A stretch of DNA of 64,000 nt from Clostridia bacterium (GCA_017438525.1 JAFRVI010000004.1:79281-143280), one strand, 5' to 3'. Shown: positions 26,145 to 35,750, counted from the first letter of the stretch. Translations and numbers: made by a program. The notes: generated by a model from the sequence alone, not told the origin.

Positions 26145-29100
26145 TCAATCGTTCAGACCGGCGGCTTTGCGGAGTATCCGCAGAGCGTCGGAAACCGTTA
26201 TTTCTCCGTCGCCGTCAAGATCGGCGGCGAGACTCTGATAACCCTCCGGCTCTGCAAGCCCTACGGAAATGCGCAGCGCGGCAAGCGCGTCTGCGACGGT
26301 TATCTCCCCATCTTCGTCAAGATCCCCCATCGTGTAAGGAGGAGGCGTAGTGTCGACGACGATAAACCTAACGGTAGTTGAATACTCGTCGTATCCGTTC
26401 ACGACCTTGAGTTCATATTCGCCGGGCTCGGTCACATCGGCTTCTCCGTAGCGGCGCTCGCCGTTGAGATACGCGATATGCCCACAGTTCCAGGACGCGT
26501 GCACCTGATCGGTGTAAAGGTCGTAAATCGCTCCGTTCTCGACGCCGGTAATAACGGGAGCTCCGAGCGGTACGAATTCGAACTTGGTCGGATTGTTTTC
26601 GGCAAACGTCTGCGCATACGAACCCTCAACGCCGTAGAGCTTGACGATCTTTCTGTTTCCGCCGAAAAGCGTTCCGCTTATAGATGTGACGCTCTCGGGG
26701 ATATATACGGATTCCATAAGGTACTGTGTGCCGAGGTTGGCGCTTACGCTCGTCGTGCCTTCTCTTACGATAAGCTCTCTCGCGCGGTAGTTTCCGTTAA
26801 GCGCGGTGGAAGAAAAGGACGTTCCGTTCCCTACCGTCACGGTGCCGACGCCGGTGTTGCGGAACGCGTAAGTATTGACCGAAGTACCGTCAGGAATATC
26901 CGCGGCGCCGAGCAGTCTGCAGTCGTTGAAAGCGTACTGCCCTATCGTTTTAAGCGATGACGGGAACTCTATTTCGCGCAGCGAGCTGCACGCCTGGAAG
27001 GCGTACTGGTCGATCTTAGTAAGCGTATCAGGCAGCTTAACGGTCATATGATGCACGGTTCGGCCGTAGCCGGCAAAAGCGTACTGCCCGATAACCGTGA
27101 CGGGATATCCTTCTATTTCGTTCGGAATGACGACGTCGCGCAAACCGGAGATACAGTCGGTTATCGTGACCTGCTCGTTATTGATAGAATACATAAACTC
27201 ATCGGTCGCTGTTTTCGTCCCGTCGACAGTAAAGTCGGCCGCAGCGAACGACTTTCCCCGCTCCTCGTCAACAAGCTGCACGCGGTAGCTGCCGCCTTCG
27301 GGAATACGAACCCTGATAAAGCGGGTTAACTTCAGATAATTTGCGTCCGCTTCAAGTGAAAGCAGATTATCCTTATCAAGAGGAATTATCACTTCCGTAT
27401 CGTCGTCAAGGTTCTTCACCCTGACGGACGGATGCTCGTAATAAGGCGAGTTGACGGTTTCAAGATATACGTAGCCGTTACGGTTTATGGTAACGGTATC
27501 CGAGAACTCGTGACCGTCCGCCGAAACCCTGATGAAATCGTAAATAACCGTAGGCCTCGGACCGATCGCGGTCATCATTTTGTCTATCATGTGAGGCGTC
27601 GCGTACTTCATGTAGGCAACCTTCGAGGCGATCCTGTAATACGGCGAAGAGGGACTGAGCCGCGCGACCGCCGCCTGCAGAGCGGATTTGTCATACTCCT
27701 TCGGAAGCGCCCACTTCTGCAGCGAATGCGGATAGGTGCGCTCACCGAAGAAAACGTATGAGCTGTCGGGCGTGAATTTGATGCGCGAAACGATATACCC
27801 CTCGAGGTTGGCGTCGGTCTCTCCCGCTTTCAGCGTTTCGAGATACGTGCCGTCGGACGCAAAGAGCTTTGCGCCGCCGTCGTAAGACGCGACGACTATA
27901 TATTTGCCGTTCGGCGAATACGCGGCTTCTCTGATAACGTTGCCGAAGCCGCCGAGCAGCGAAACTAGTTCACCGCTTTCAACGTCGAACAAGCGGGCGG
28001 CGCCATAGGTGGACGTGCAGAGTATATTCTTATCGTCGGGCGAAAACTCGAGGCGTCTTACCGAACCGGTGTTGACGTTGTTGAGTTTCTTTATAAGCGT
28101 CTTGCTCTCGACGTCCCAAAGGCAGACGACTCCGTTATCGTCCGAGGTGGCGAGAAGGCGTCCGTCCGATGAGAAATCCGCGCCGCGGATCGCTCTGACG
28201 TGGCCTTCGGCAAGGTGAGCGTATTCGGTCCAGTCGGCAACGTTGTAGACAAAAGTACCGTTGCTCGTCGTCGTAACCGCGACTTTTGAACCGTCGTCTG
28301 TGATCGCTATGAAGCGCGGGTCGCTGCCAACGTCGATTTCCTGCAGTTTGGCGCCGGTGGTCGCGTTAAAAACGCGGAACTTCCATTTCCCGGTGCCGTT
28401 TGAATACTTCTGGGAGCCGCCGTTAAATCCGCCCACTATCAAGGCGCTGCTGTCTTTAGTGAATACCACGCTCTCCTGAATGACCGCGCCGTTGTATATC
28501 CTGCGCGGCGCCTTTGTGTAATCGGAGGTATCGAAAACCGCGATATTCCCCTGCGTGGATGCGACCGCAAGCTTGCTGCCGTCGGGAGAATAAAGAACGC
28601 GCAGCGCTCTGTCGAATCCGGTGGAAAGCACGTGCTTCGTCACGTTCGTGACCGGATCCATGATATAGACCTTCTTCATGTGGTCGGCGGAAGCGATCTC
28701 GGTGCCGTCGGGCTTGACGTCCGTCGGGAAGTTTATATCCCAGTAATCGTTGACGGCGACTGCGTTGAGACCGGTGGAATAGTTTACGCTTTCATCGGTC
28801 GTGTAGTCCTCGGTGCCGTCGGTCAGCTCGCCCGCTTCAAGGAAGCAGCGGACGTAGTCGACGTCGATGACGTATTCTTTCTCGGCGCCCCAGGATTCGT
28901 CGACCGTATTGCCCCATGAATCTGATGTCCTTGCGCGCGGTGTGTTATTGAAAACAATATATCTGGCGGTATCGCCGAAGGCAAACTTCTTTCCTTCACT
29001 GTTATAAAGAAGCGAATTGTACTGCATTCCGTCGAAGTAGTACCTGATCATATCGCGGTCCATTTCAAGACCGTAGGTGTGGTAATCGTCGCTCAGGTAC

Positions 29101-30854
29101 TTCTCGCCGTATCCGTTGATATTCATATATATAACCTTGGCCCAGTCCTTTTTGCCCTCGTCATCCGTCCAGTGGACGGTGCCGATGACCGTGCCGTTTT
29201 TGGCTATATCATCTTCGACGACCATTTCCATTATGTCGACTTCGCCGGCGCCCATATTCATCATATCGGTCGGCATAAGCCAGAACGCCGGGAACTGACC
29301 AGTGCCGTACGCCAGCTTTGCGCGGATCTCGATCTTGCCGTAGCCGAACGCAAACTTGCCGCTGGTGTTCATATACGTTCCGGACATTTCATAAGCGTCG
29401 TATCTGCCGTATCTGCCCTTGAAATGCATATTGCCGTCGGAAACGTCGATAAGGTCGTCGTCATCCGGATAAATCGCGCCGTCGGAATAACCGTCGTTCA
29501 CGTTCCACTTGGTGCGGTCGAGCGAGTTGCCGTCAAACTCGTCGCTCCAGCTCTGAACGTATTCTTCTTCAACGACTTTATACAGATAGAACTTTTTATA
29601 CGTCGAACTGGTAGTGGCTTTAACGGTTTCACCCGAAACGGTTAACCTTCCGACATTGCGTACCTGAATAGTCGCCTTTCCACCCGTAATGCTGATAGAC
29701 CACTCTTGGCGCGTGTTATTGAGGTTCGGTTCTTTCGCCTCGATACTTGTGCCGGATTCCGAAATCGTAAGCACGTTTGTGCTCGATTTATTGATTATCC
29801 TAAACGCACCGTTGCCGGAGGGAGACATTGAAAGCTGCCACATCTGCGTGCGGTCGCCTTCCCTGTTTTCTTCAAGCGAGTATTTGAGCGAACTGTCTTC
29901 GATCGCGAGAGTATTGTCTCCCCATCTGATAGCCGTTTCAGGAACGGGAGGCCCGAGTGTTATCGCTTTACCCGAGGAAGACTCAATGATTTTATAGTAT
30001 GCGTTATTGACTATCTGACTGCGGGCGGTGATCTGCGTCTCGGAATAAGCGGTCGCCGCGCTGCTTTCGAGTATCTCATTATAAGCGTTCAGATCCGCAA
30101 CCGAAAACGACGTACCGTTCGACTCTATACGGATATAGTTCATGCTGCCGTCCTTCGCGAGCGGCGAATCGCCTGCTGCAGTAAAGATTTCAAACGGGAT
30201 ATAGATATAACCGAATCCCCATACAACAATATCAGAGGCGGTGTAAGTATAGTTATCCTCGGCCGAACGCAGTCCTATTGTAAAGCTGAAAACGTTGCCG
30301 TCATTCGGCGCGAGCCACAGTTTCAGACCATCCGCCTTCGACATATCAAGGCCGAACGGAGACTGACCGGCGACGCCGCTTCTCGACGCGCCGTTGGAAA
30401 GGACGGTCCCGTTTTCATCTCCACTCACCGAGACGGAAAACTCAACGCCTTCCGGCTTATGCTCTTTGTCGAGAACGGGAGCCGAGGAGGACTCGTTCAT
30501 CGAGGCAAGATCCTCGGACGTCCAGCCGTTGAAGCCGTTAAGCTGAATAAGCTCGACGTCATGCATCGGCTCGAGCATATTCTCGGCGTTTTTGACCTCG
30601 TTAAATGCGGCTTCGCGTTCTTCGTCGGTCGCAAGGTCGTTATACGCCGCAAAAGTAGCTTCCCATCTCTCGATGCGGTCGGCGAGGTATTTTCTCGACT
30701 GCTCGCTGTAACCTTTATAAAGAAGGGATCTGGCGTAAGCATATTCGTCGATCGCTTCCGGCTCGTCAGCGCCGACGGTCACCGCCGCCGAAAACGGCAG
30801 CATAGAAAGCGCGAAAGCAAGCGTAAGCAGTATGGCGATGAGTCTTCTTTTCAT
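26145..30854 (-). CDS. Giant secreted multidomain protein, paralogue 1 of 4: ricin-type lectin + GH16 + WD40/PD40 propeller + BspA-type LRR + dockerin
   Basis: 1,569 aa. Signal peptide MKRRLIAILLTLAFALSMLPFSA. Two QxW motifs (QMWQLS, QEWSIS). GH16 elements WSDEFDG...GKIEIRAKL...FPAFWLMP...GEVDIMEM. Propeller repeats YSPDGSKLAVAS, FSSDGRLLATSDDNGVVCLWDV and FSPDDKNIL...ARLFDV. LRR elements IEGYPVTVIGQYAF and LPDTLTKIDQYAFQACSSLREIEFP. The dockerin is at the C-terminus. A GGAGG RBS precedes the start. Confidence 0.85.
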   Translation of the reverse strand: MKRRLIAILLTLAFALSMLPFSAAVTVGADEPEAIDEYAYARSLLYKGYSEQSRKYLADRIERWEATFAAYNDLATDEEREAAFNEVKNAENMLEPMHDVELIQLNGFNGWTSEDLASMNESSSAPVLDKEHKPEGVEFSVSVSGDENGTVLSNGASRSGVAGQSPFGLDMSKADGLKLWLAPNDGNVFSFTIGLRSAEDNYTYTASDIVVWGFGYIYIPFEIFTAAGDSPLAKDGSMNYIRIESNGTSFSVADLNAYNEILESSAATAYSETQITARSQIVNNAYYKIIESSSGKAITLGPPVPETAIRWGDNTLAIEDSSLKYSLEENREGDRTQMWQLSMSPSGNGAFRIINKSSTNVLTISESGTSIEAKEPNLNNTRQEWSISITGGKATIQVRNVGRLTVSGETVKATTSSTYKKFYLYKVVEEEYVQSWSDEFDGNSLDRTKWNVNDGYSDGAIYPDDDDLIDVSDGNMHFKGRYGRYDAYEMSGTYMNTSGKFAFGYGKIEIRAKLAYGTGQFPAFWLMPTDMMNMGAGEVDIMEMVVEDDIAKNGTVIGTVHWTDDEGKKDWAKVIYMNINGYGEKYLSDDYHTYGLEMDRDMIRYYFDGMQYNSLLYNSEGKKFAFGDTARYIVFNNTPRARTSDSWGNTVDESWGAEKEYVIDVDYVRCFLEAGELTDGTEDYTTDESVNYSTGLNAVAVNDYWDINFPTDVKPDGTEIASADHMKKVYIMDPVTNVTKHVLSTGFDRALRVLYSPDGSKLAVASTQGNIAVFDTSDYTKAPRRIYNGAVIQESVVFTKDSSALIVGGFNGGSQKYSNGTGKWKFRVFNATTGAKLQEIDVGSDPRFIAITDDGSKVAVTTTSNGTFVYNVADWTEYAHLAEGHVRAIRGADFSSDGRLLATSDDNGVVCLWDVESKTLIKKLNNVNTGSVRRLEFSPDDKNILCTSTYGAARLFDVESGELVSLLGGFGNVIREAAYSPNGKYIVVASYDGGAKLFASDGTYLETLKAGETDANLEGYIVSRIKFTPDSSYVFFGERTYPHSLQKWALPKEYDKSALQAAVARLSPSSPYYRIASKVAYMKYATPHMIDKMMTAIGPRPTVIYDFIRVSADGHEFSDTVTINRNGYVYLETVNSPYYEHPSVRVKNLDDDTEVIIPLDKDNLLSLEADANYLKLTRFIRVRIPEGGSYRVQLVDEERGKSFAAADFTVDGTKTATDEFMYSINNEQVTITDCISGLRDVVIPNEIEGYPVTVIGQYAFAGYGRTVHHMTVKLPDTLTKIDQYAFQACSSLREIEFPSSLKTIGQYAFNDCRLLGAADIPDGTSVNTYAFRNTGVGTVTVGNGTSFSSTALNGNYRARELIVREGTTSVSANLGTQYLMESVYIPESVTSISGTLFGGNRKIVKLYGVEGSYAQTFAENNPTKFEFVPLGAPVITGVENGAIYDLYTDQVHASWNCGHIAYLNGERRYGEADVTEPGEYELKVVNGYDEYSTTVRFIVVDTTPPPYTMGDLDEDGEITVADALAALRISVGLAEPEGYQSLAADLDGDGEITVSDALRILRKAAGLND
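26148..26333 (-). other. Dockerin module of paralogue 1
   Basis: Two EF-hand-like segments: GDLDEDGEITVADALAALR and ADLDGDGEITVSDALRILR. Confidence 0.8.
26625..27197 (-). other. BspA-type leucine-rich repeat (LRR_5-like) region of paralogue 1 (residues ~1220-1410)
   Basis: Repeating (I/L)P..(V/L)..I...AF..C..L..(I/V) units, for example LPDTLTKIDQYAFQACSSLREIEFPSSLKTIGQYAFNDCRLL. Confidence 0.75.
27705..28757 (-). other. WD40/PD40-type beta-propeller region of paralogue 1 (residues ~700-1050)
   Basis: Seven to eight ~40-45-aa repeats, each with an SPDG/SSDG/TDDG turn followed by a hydrophobic strand and x(F/W)(D/N)V endings. Confidence 0.7.
28839..29567 (-). other. GH16 catalytic module of paralogue 1 (residues ~430-672)
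   Basis: WSDEFDG start. ExDxxE catalytic motif EVDIME is encoded at 29226-29243. The module ends ...YVIDVDYVRCF. Confidence 0.8.
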
Positions 30855-30912
30855 AGTTTACCTCCGTTTCTTTTGCGGAAAAGACGAAGTAATAATTTGA
30901 GTTGATTGACGA

Positions 30913-33900
30913 TTATTGTTCAAAGGGAGCGTCAATCTTCGCGGCGACGCGAAGGATGCGGAGCACGTCGGAAACTGTCACTTCGCCGTCTTTGTCGACG
31001 TCGGCGGCCTCCGCCTGATAGCCCTCCGGCTCGACGATCCCGAGTGCTATGCGGAGCGCCGTGAGCGCGTCGGTAACCGTGACTTCTCCGTCGTCGTCAA
31101 CATCACCAATAGTGTACGGAGGAGGCGTCGTATCGACGACCGTGAAGGTCACGGTCGTTTTATACTCGTCGTAGCCGTTTATAACTTCGAGCGTGTATTC
31201 GCCGGGCTCGGTCACGTCGGCGTGTCTGTAGCACGCTTCGCCGTTGAGGTATCCGATGTGTCCGTTTTCCCACGTCGCTGAAACGGGCGCTTCATAGAGG
31301 TCGTAGGTCGCGCCGTCTTCGACTCCGTGAACGATGGGAGCGCCTATCGGAACAAATATAAACTTTGTCGGATACGACTCGGCGTAAGTCTGCGCATAGC
31401 TTCCCTCGACGCCGTAGATCTTGGCAAGGTATTTTGTGTGCAGATCGCTTACGTTATTGTCTACAAAACTGTAAATACCGCCGCTTATGGAAGTTACGCT
31501 CTCGGGAATATAAACAGCTTCGAGAAGATACTGAGAAGAAATATTGAGCGAGAGACTTTGTATTCCGTCAGCAACGATTATTTCTCTTACGCGCGACATA
31601 CCGGAAAGAGCGCCGCTTGCGATACCCGATCCGGAGTTGAGCTTTATAGTTCCGACGCCGGCGTTGTTAAAAGCGTTGGAACTGACGGTCGTGCCGGCGG
31701 GAATATCAACGACGCTGAGCAGTCTGCATCTGCTGAAAGCGTACTGTTCTATCTTTTCAAGTCCTGCGGGGAACTTTATCTCGCGCAGAGACCAGCAGTT
31801 ATAGAATGCGTAACTGCCGATAACCTTAAGCGTGTCGGGAAGCGTAACGGCCATATGCATAACGTTGGTTCCGTAGCCGTCGAAAGCATAAGAACCGATC
31901 TTGGTGACCGGGTACCCCTCTATCTCACTCGGAACAACGACGTTGCGCCTTCCGGAGATGCACTTCGTTATCGTGACCTCTCCGTCCTTTATAGAATAGA
32001 GGAATCCTTCCGCGGCGGTAGCGTCACCGTTGACGGCAGCGCTTGCCTTCGGGAACGCCTTGTTGGAATCAAGGCCGACAAGTTCGAACTCGAATACGCC
32101 TGCTTCCGCCATCTTGACCTTGAAATCGTAACGGCAATACGCCTCAATTTCGTCGTTTTCATTATAATCCATAAAGAATCCGGCGTCGTCCGCGGGAATA
32201 AGCTCGCTTGTGCCGTCATCGGTATTCGTAATCTTAAGCGCGAGATCCGCGTATTCCGGAGACGCTCCTGCAGTAACGTAGACGAACGCGTTTTTATTGA
32301 CGGTAACGCTCGGCGGCGTCGTGTATCTGTCGGGAGAAACGCTGATGAATTCGTCGGTCTTCGCCGTTCCGCCGATGCCGGTATACGCCTTGTAGATCAT
32401 CTGCGGAGTAGCATACTTCAAGCCGGCAATCTTCGCGGCGTAAGCGTATTCGGGCGTGGTCTTGTCCGCGCAGTTGCTCATGGCAAGCTTAAGCTGCGTT
32501 TTGTCGTACTGCTTAGGAAGATCCCACTTCTGCACCGCGTACGGATCGGTACGAGTGGTGAACATAACGTAATCGTCCTTATACGGCGAAAACTTGATGC
32601 GGGAAAGAATGAAACCCTCGCCGTTCTCGTCGGTCTCTCCCGCTTTCAGCGTTTCGAGATATGTGCCGTCTGCGGCGAAAAGCTTCGCGCCGCCGTCATA
32701 GGAAGCGACGGCGATATATTTGCCTTCCGTCGAATAGGTCGCCTCGCGGATGACATTGCCGAAGCCGCCGAGCAGCGAGATAAGCTCTCCGCTCTCGACC
32801 TCAAACAGACGCGCGGCGCCGTAGGTCGCGGTCGCGAGGACGTTCTTATCGTCCGGCGAGAAGACTACGCGCCTTACCGAGCCGGAGTTGACGTTGTTGA
32901 GCTTCTTGTTGAGCGAAAGATCGGAAACGTTCCAGACGTTTATGACGCCCTTGTCGTCGGAAGTCACGAGCAGGCTGCCGTCCGAAGAAAAGTCGGCGCC
33001 GCGGATCGCTCCGTCGTGGCCTTCGGTTATATGGCCGTATTCGCTCCAGTCGGAAACGTTATAGATGAACGTGCCGTTGCTTGTTGTAGTTACCGCTACT
33101 TTAGAACCGTCGTCGGAGAGCGCTATGAAGCGCGGATCGCTGCCGACGTCTATATCCTGAAGCTTCGCGCCGCTCGAGGCGTCAAAGACGCGGAAATGCC
33201 ACTTTTCAGTTTTGCCGCCGGTCTGCGGATTCTGATACGCCTGCGAGCCGCCGTTGTAACCGCCGACTATCAGGTATTTACTGTCCGGCGTAAACAGAAC
33301 GTTCTCTTGAATAACGGCGCCGTTATAGATTCTGACCGGCGTGTTATCGTAATTGGAAGTATCATAAATCTGTATGCATCCCTGCGTATTTGCGACAGCG
33401 AGTTTCGTGGCATCCGGCGAATACAGAACGCGGAAGGATCTGGTGTACTTAGACATCGCAGAAGCAAGGTTGATGTATTTGAGTGTTTCTCCGGTATACG
33501 GATCGAATATGTAGAGATTTGAGAAATGATCCGCCGCGGCGCCTTCGTTGCCGTAGCAGTTGATATCCATCGGCATATTGATATCCCACGCGTCGTTGGT
33601 GGCAACGGCCTCTATGCCGGATGAATAGTTGACGCTGTCGTCAGTCGTGAAGTCGACGGTATTATCGCTCATTTCACCGGCTTCAAGATAGCATCTGACG
33701 TAGTCTATCTGGGTTTCGTATTTATCCTCGAGACCCCACGCTTCTCTGACGATGCTTGCGCCGTCGCCTTTGGTGGAGTTATTTATGATGATATATCTTG
33801 CGATATCTCCGAAGGCGAATTCCTTGCCTTCGCTGTTTATCACGAGCGAATTGTACTGCATCCCGTCAAAGTAGAATCTTATCTGATCGCGATCCATCTC

Positions 33901-35691
33901 CACGCCATAGGTGTGGAATTCATCGCTGAGATACTTTTCTCCGTAACCGTAGATACCCATATAATGGACTTTTGACCAGTGAGTATATCCGTCGTCGGTA
34001 GTCCAGTGTATCGTGCCGATCTGCGTGCCGTTTTCCCTGATATCATCCGTGACGACGATCTCCATAATATCGATCTCGCCGCCGCCCATATTCATCATAT
34101 CGGTCGGCATCATCCAGAACGCTGGGAACTGACCGTTGCCGTAAGCAAGCTTTGCGCGTATCTCGACCTTGCCGTAACTCAAAGCGAACCTGCCGCTGGT
34201 GCTCATATAAGTGCCCTGCATTTCAAAAGCGCCGTATCTGTCAGGTGTGACGGTCATATTCAGCATACCGTCCGAAACCTTGAGCTGCTCGTCGTCATCG
34301 GTGTGCATAGTTGAAACTGTTCCGCCGAACCAGAAGCCGTCATCAACGGACCACTTATTGCGGTCGAGCTCATCGCCGTCGAATTCGTCGCTCCAGCTCT
34401 GAACGTATTCGGTTTCCACCGTCTCATAAAGCTCAAACTTTTTGTACGCGGACCCTGTTGTTGCCTTTACGGTGTCCCCGGCGGTGGTAAGCTTGCCGAC
34501 GTTACGCACTTGTATAGTAGCTTTGCCGCCGGAAATGCTTATTGACCACTCTTGAAGGGTATTGTTGAGATTCGGCTCTTTCGCTTCAATGCTGCCTCCG
34601 GATCCGGAGATGGTGAGCGTGTTCGTACTCGACTTATTGATAAACCTGAAGGTTCCGTTGCCGGACGGAGACGGCGAAAGCTGCCACATCTGAGTGCGGT
34701 CGCCTTCCCTGTTTTCCTGAAGGGAATACTTGAGATTACTGTCTTCAATGGCAAGAGTATTATCCCATCTTATCGCAGTTTCAGCGACCTCCGGTCCGAG
34801 CGTAATGGCCTTGCCGCTCGTGGGCTCGATTATTTTATAATAAGCGTTGTTGTTGATCTGATTGCGTGAAACGACCTTCGTTTCGGAATAAGCCGTGCGG
34901 GTGCTGCCTTCGATGATCTCATTGTAGGCGTTGAGATCCGCAAATCTGAAAGAGTCAACGCCTACTGCACGGATAGACAGCATATTCAAACTGCCGTCCT
35001 TGATAATGCTATCGCCTTTGAAGCAGTCAAAAGGAACGTGGATATATCCGGTTTCCGCAACGTAAACATCTTCTGCCGTTGAAAAACTGACGCCGTCGTA
35101 GGAAAGGTATCCGAGCACAATAGTCAGTGTCGCGGGCGCATCGACAGAAACCCAAAGCTTCAATCCGTCCGCCTTAGTCATATCCTTCCCGAATGGCGAA
35201 GCCGTGTGCATGGCGTTAATATCGGGCGTTTCATTCGAGAAGAAGGCGCTGCCGTCACTTCCGGGAACAGATATCGAGAAAGCGGCTTCTGCAGGTTTAT
35301 TTACAGCGTCAATGACCGGGACGCCGCTGCAAGCCGTCATCATAGAAAGCGCTGCTTCGTCCCAGACATCGATCCCGTCGAGCGCAATCTGCTCATAGGC
35401 ATACATCTGCGCAAGCGAATCGACCGCAAAGCGAAGCGCTTCACTCGCGGCGGCAACGTCGTCTTCAGTCGCATAATCGTTATATACGACTGCTTCCGCA
35501 CGCTGCACACGGTCGGCAAGATATTTGCGCGACTGCTCGCCGTAGCCCTTGTAGATAAGCGCTTTTGCGCTCATCACCTGCTCCTGAAGCTCCGAAGTGT
35601 CAATAGCTTTAGCTGAAATGACGCCCGAAAGAGTCGCAAGTGACATAAGAAGGGTTAGAGTAAGGATAATCGCTATAAGCTTTCTTTTCAT
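30913..35691 (-). CDS. Giant secreted multidomain protein, paralogue 2 of 4 (same architecture)
   Basis: Collinear with paralogue 1. GH16 motif EIDIME is at 34060-34077 and the dockerin at 30916-31110. ATG 35691 with a GGAGGG RBS is preferred over the TTG at 35709. Confidence 0.85.
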   Translation of the reverse strand: MKRKLIAIILTLTLLMSLATLSGVISAKAIDTSELQEQVMSAKALIYKGYGEQSRKYLADRVQRAEAVVYNDYATEDDVAAASEALRFAVDSLAQMYAYEQIALDGIDVWDEAALSMMTACSGVPVIDAVNKPAEAAFSISVPGSDGSAFFSNETPDINAMHTASPFGKDMTKADGLKLWVSVDAPATLTIVLGYLSYDGVSFSTAEDVYVAETGYIHVPFDCFKGDSIIKDGSLNMLSIRAVGVDSFRFADLNAYNEIIEGSTRTAYSETKVVSRNQINNNAYYKIIEPTSGKAITLGPEVAETAIRWDNTLAIEDSNLKYSLQENREGDRTQMWQLSPSPSGNGTFRFINKSSTNTLTISGSGGSIEAKEPNLNNTLQEWSISISGGKATIQVRNVGKLTTAGDTVKATTGSAYKKFELYETVETEYVQSWSDEFDGDELDRNKWSVDDGFWFGGTVSTMHTDDDEQLKVSDGMLNMTVTPDRYGAFEMQGTYMSTSGRFALSYGKVEIRAKLAYGNGQFPAFWMMPTDMMNMGGGEIDIMEIVVTDDIRENGTQIGTIHWTTDDGYTHWSKVHYMGIYGYGEKYLSDEFHTYGVEMDRDQIRFYFDGMQYNSLVINSEGKEFAFGDIARYIIINNSTKGDGASIVREAWGLEDKYETQIDYVRCYLEAGEMSDNTVDFTTDDSVNYSSGIEAVATNDAWDINMPMDINCYGNEGAAADHFSNLYIFDPYTGETLKYINLASAMSKYTRSFRVLYSPDATKLAVANTQGCIQIYDTSNYDNTPVRIYNGAVIQENVLFTPDSKYLIVGGYNGGSQAYQNPQTGGKTEKWHFRVFDASSGAKLQDIDVGSDPRFIALSDDGSKVAVTTTSNGTFIYNVSDWSEYGHITEGHDGAIRGADFSSDGSLLVTSDDKGVINVWNVSDLSLNKKLNNVNSGSVRRVVFSPDDKNVLATATYGAARLFEVESGELISLLGGFGNVIREATYSTEGKYIAVASYDGGAKLFAADGTYLETLKAGETDENGEGFILSRIKFSPYKDDYVMFTTRTDPYAVQKWDLPKQYDKTQLKLAMSNCADKTTPEYAYAAKIAGLKYATPQMIYKAYTGIGGTAKTDEFISVSPDRYTTPPSVTVNKNAFVYVTAGASPEYADLALKITNTDDGTSELIPADDAGFFMDYNENDEIEAYCRYDFKVKMAEAGVFEFELVGLDSNKAFPKASAAVNGDATAAEGFLYSIKDGEVTITKCISGRRNVVVPSEIEGYPVTKIGSYAFDGYGTNVMHMAVTLPDTLKVIGSYAFYNCWSLREIKFPAGLEKIEQYAFSRCRLLSVVDIPAGTTVSSNAFNNAGVGTIKLNSGSGIASGALSGMSRVREIIVADGIQSLSLNISSQYLLEAVYIPESVTSISGGIYSFVDNNVSDLHTKYLAKIYGVEGSYAQTYAESYPTKFIFVPIGAPIVHGVEDGATYDLYEAPVSATWENGHIGYLNGEACYRHADVTEPGEYTLEVINGYDEYKTTVTFTVVDTTPPPYTIGDVDDDGEVTVTDALTALRIALGIVEPEGYQAEAADVDKDGEVTVSDVLRILRVAAKIDAPFEQ

Positions 35692-35750
35692 AATCGTCCC
35701 TCCGTTCAAAGCGTTGAGAATAATTAAATGATAGTACTTAATTATAGGGT

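Noticed and set aside
31327-33522. Very long ORFs lie antisense to real genes. Examples on the plus strand: 31327-33522 (731 aa), 46102-47970 (622 aa), 38169-39479, 36225-37274, 44413-45669, 47992-48915, 16155-17414, 52219-53157 and 53425-54465. Examples on the minus strand: 62713-63969, 1929-2786, 4541-5308 and 60108-60893.
   Set aside because: For each one I checked, the start coordinate is congruent mod 3 with the codon boundaries of the opposite-strand gene. They are therefore codon-for-codon antisense frames. Stops in such a frame arise only where the sense gene uses TTA, CTA or TCA, which this genome evidently avoids. Their translations are low-complexity (Arg/Gly/Val/Ala-rich), have no motifs and no RBS. 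One even runs straight across an intergenic gap (46501-46554).
35741-35746. Internal promoters in the short gaps between the giant genes. Examples are a TATAAT on the minus strand at 35746-35741 upstream of paralogue 2, and TTGCGA near 39735 upstream of the CBM-EEP gene.
   Set aside because: No acceptable -35 or TG extension lies at the correct spacing. In the 39.7-kb case the predicted start site would fall inside the Shine-Dalgarno sequence. They cannot be excluded experimentally, but the sequence alone does not support them.
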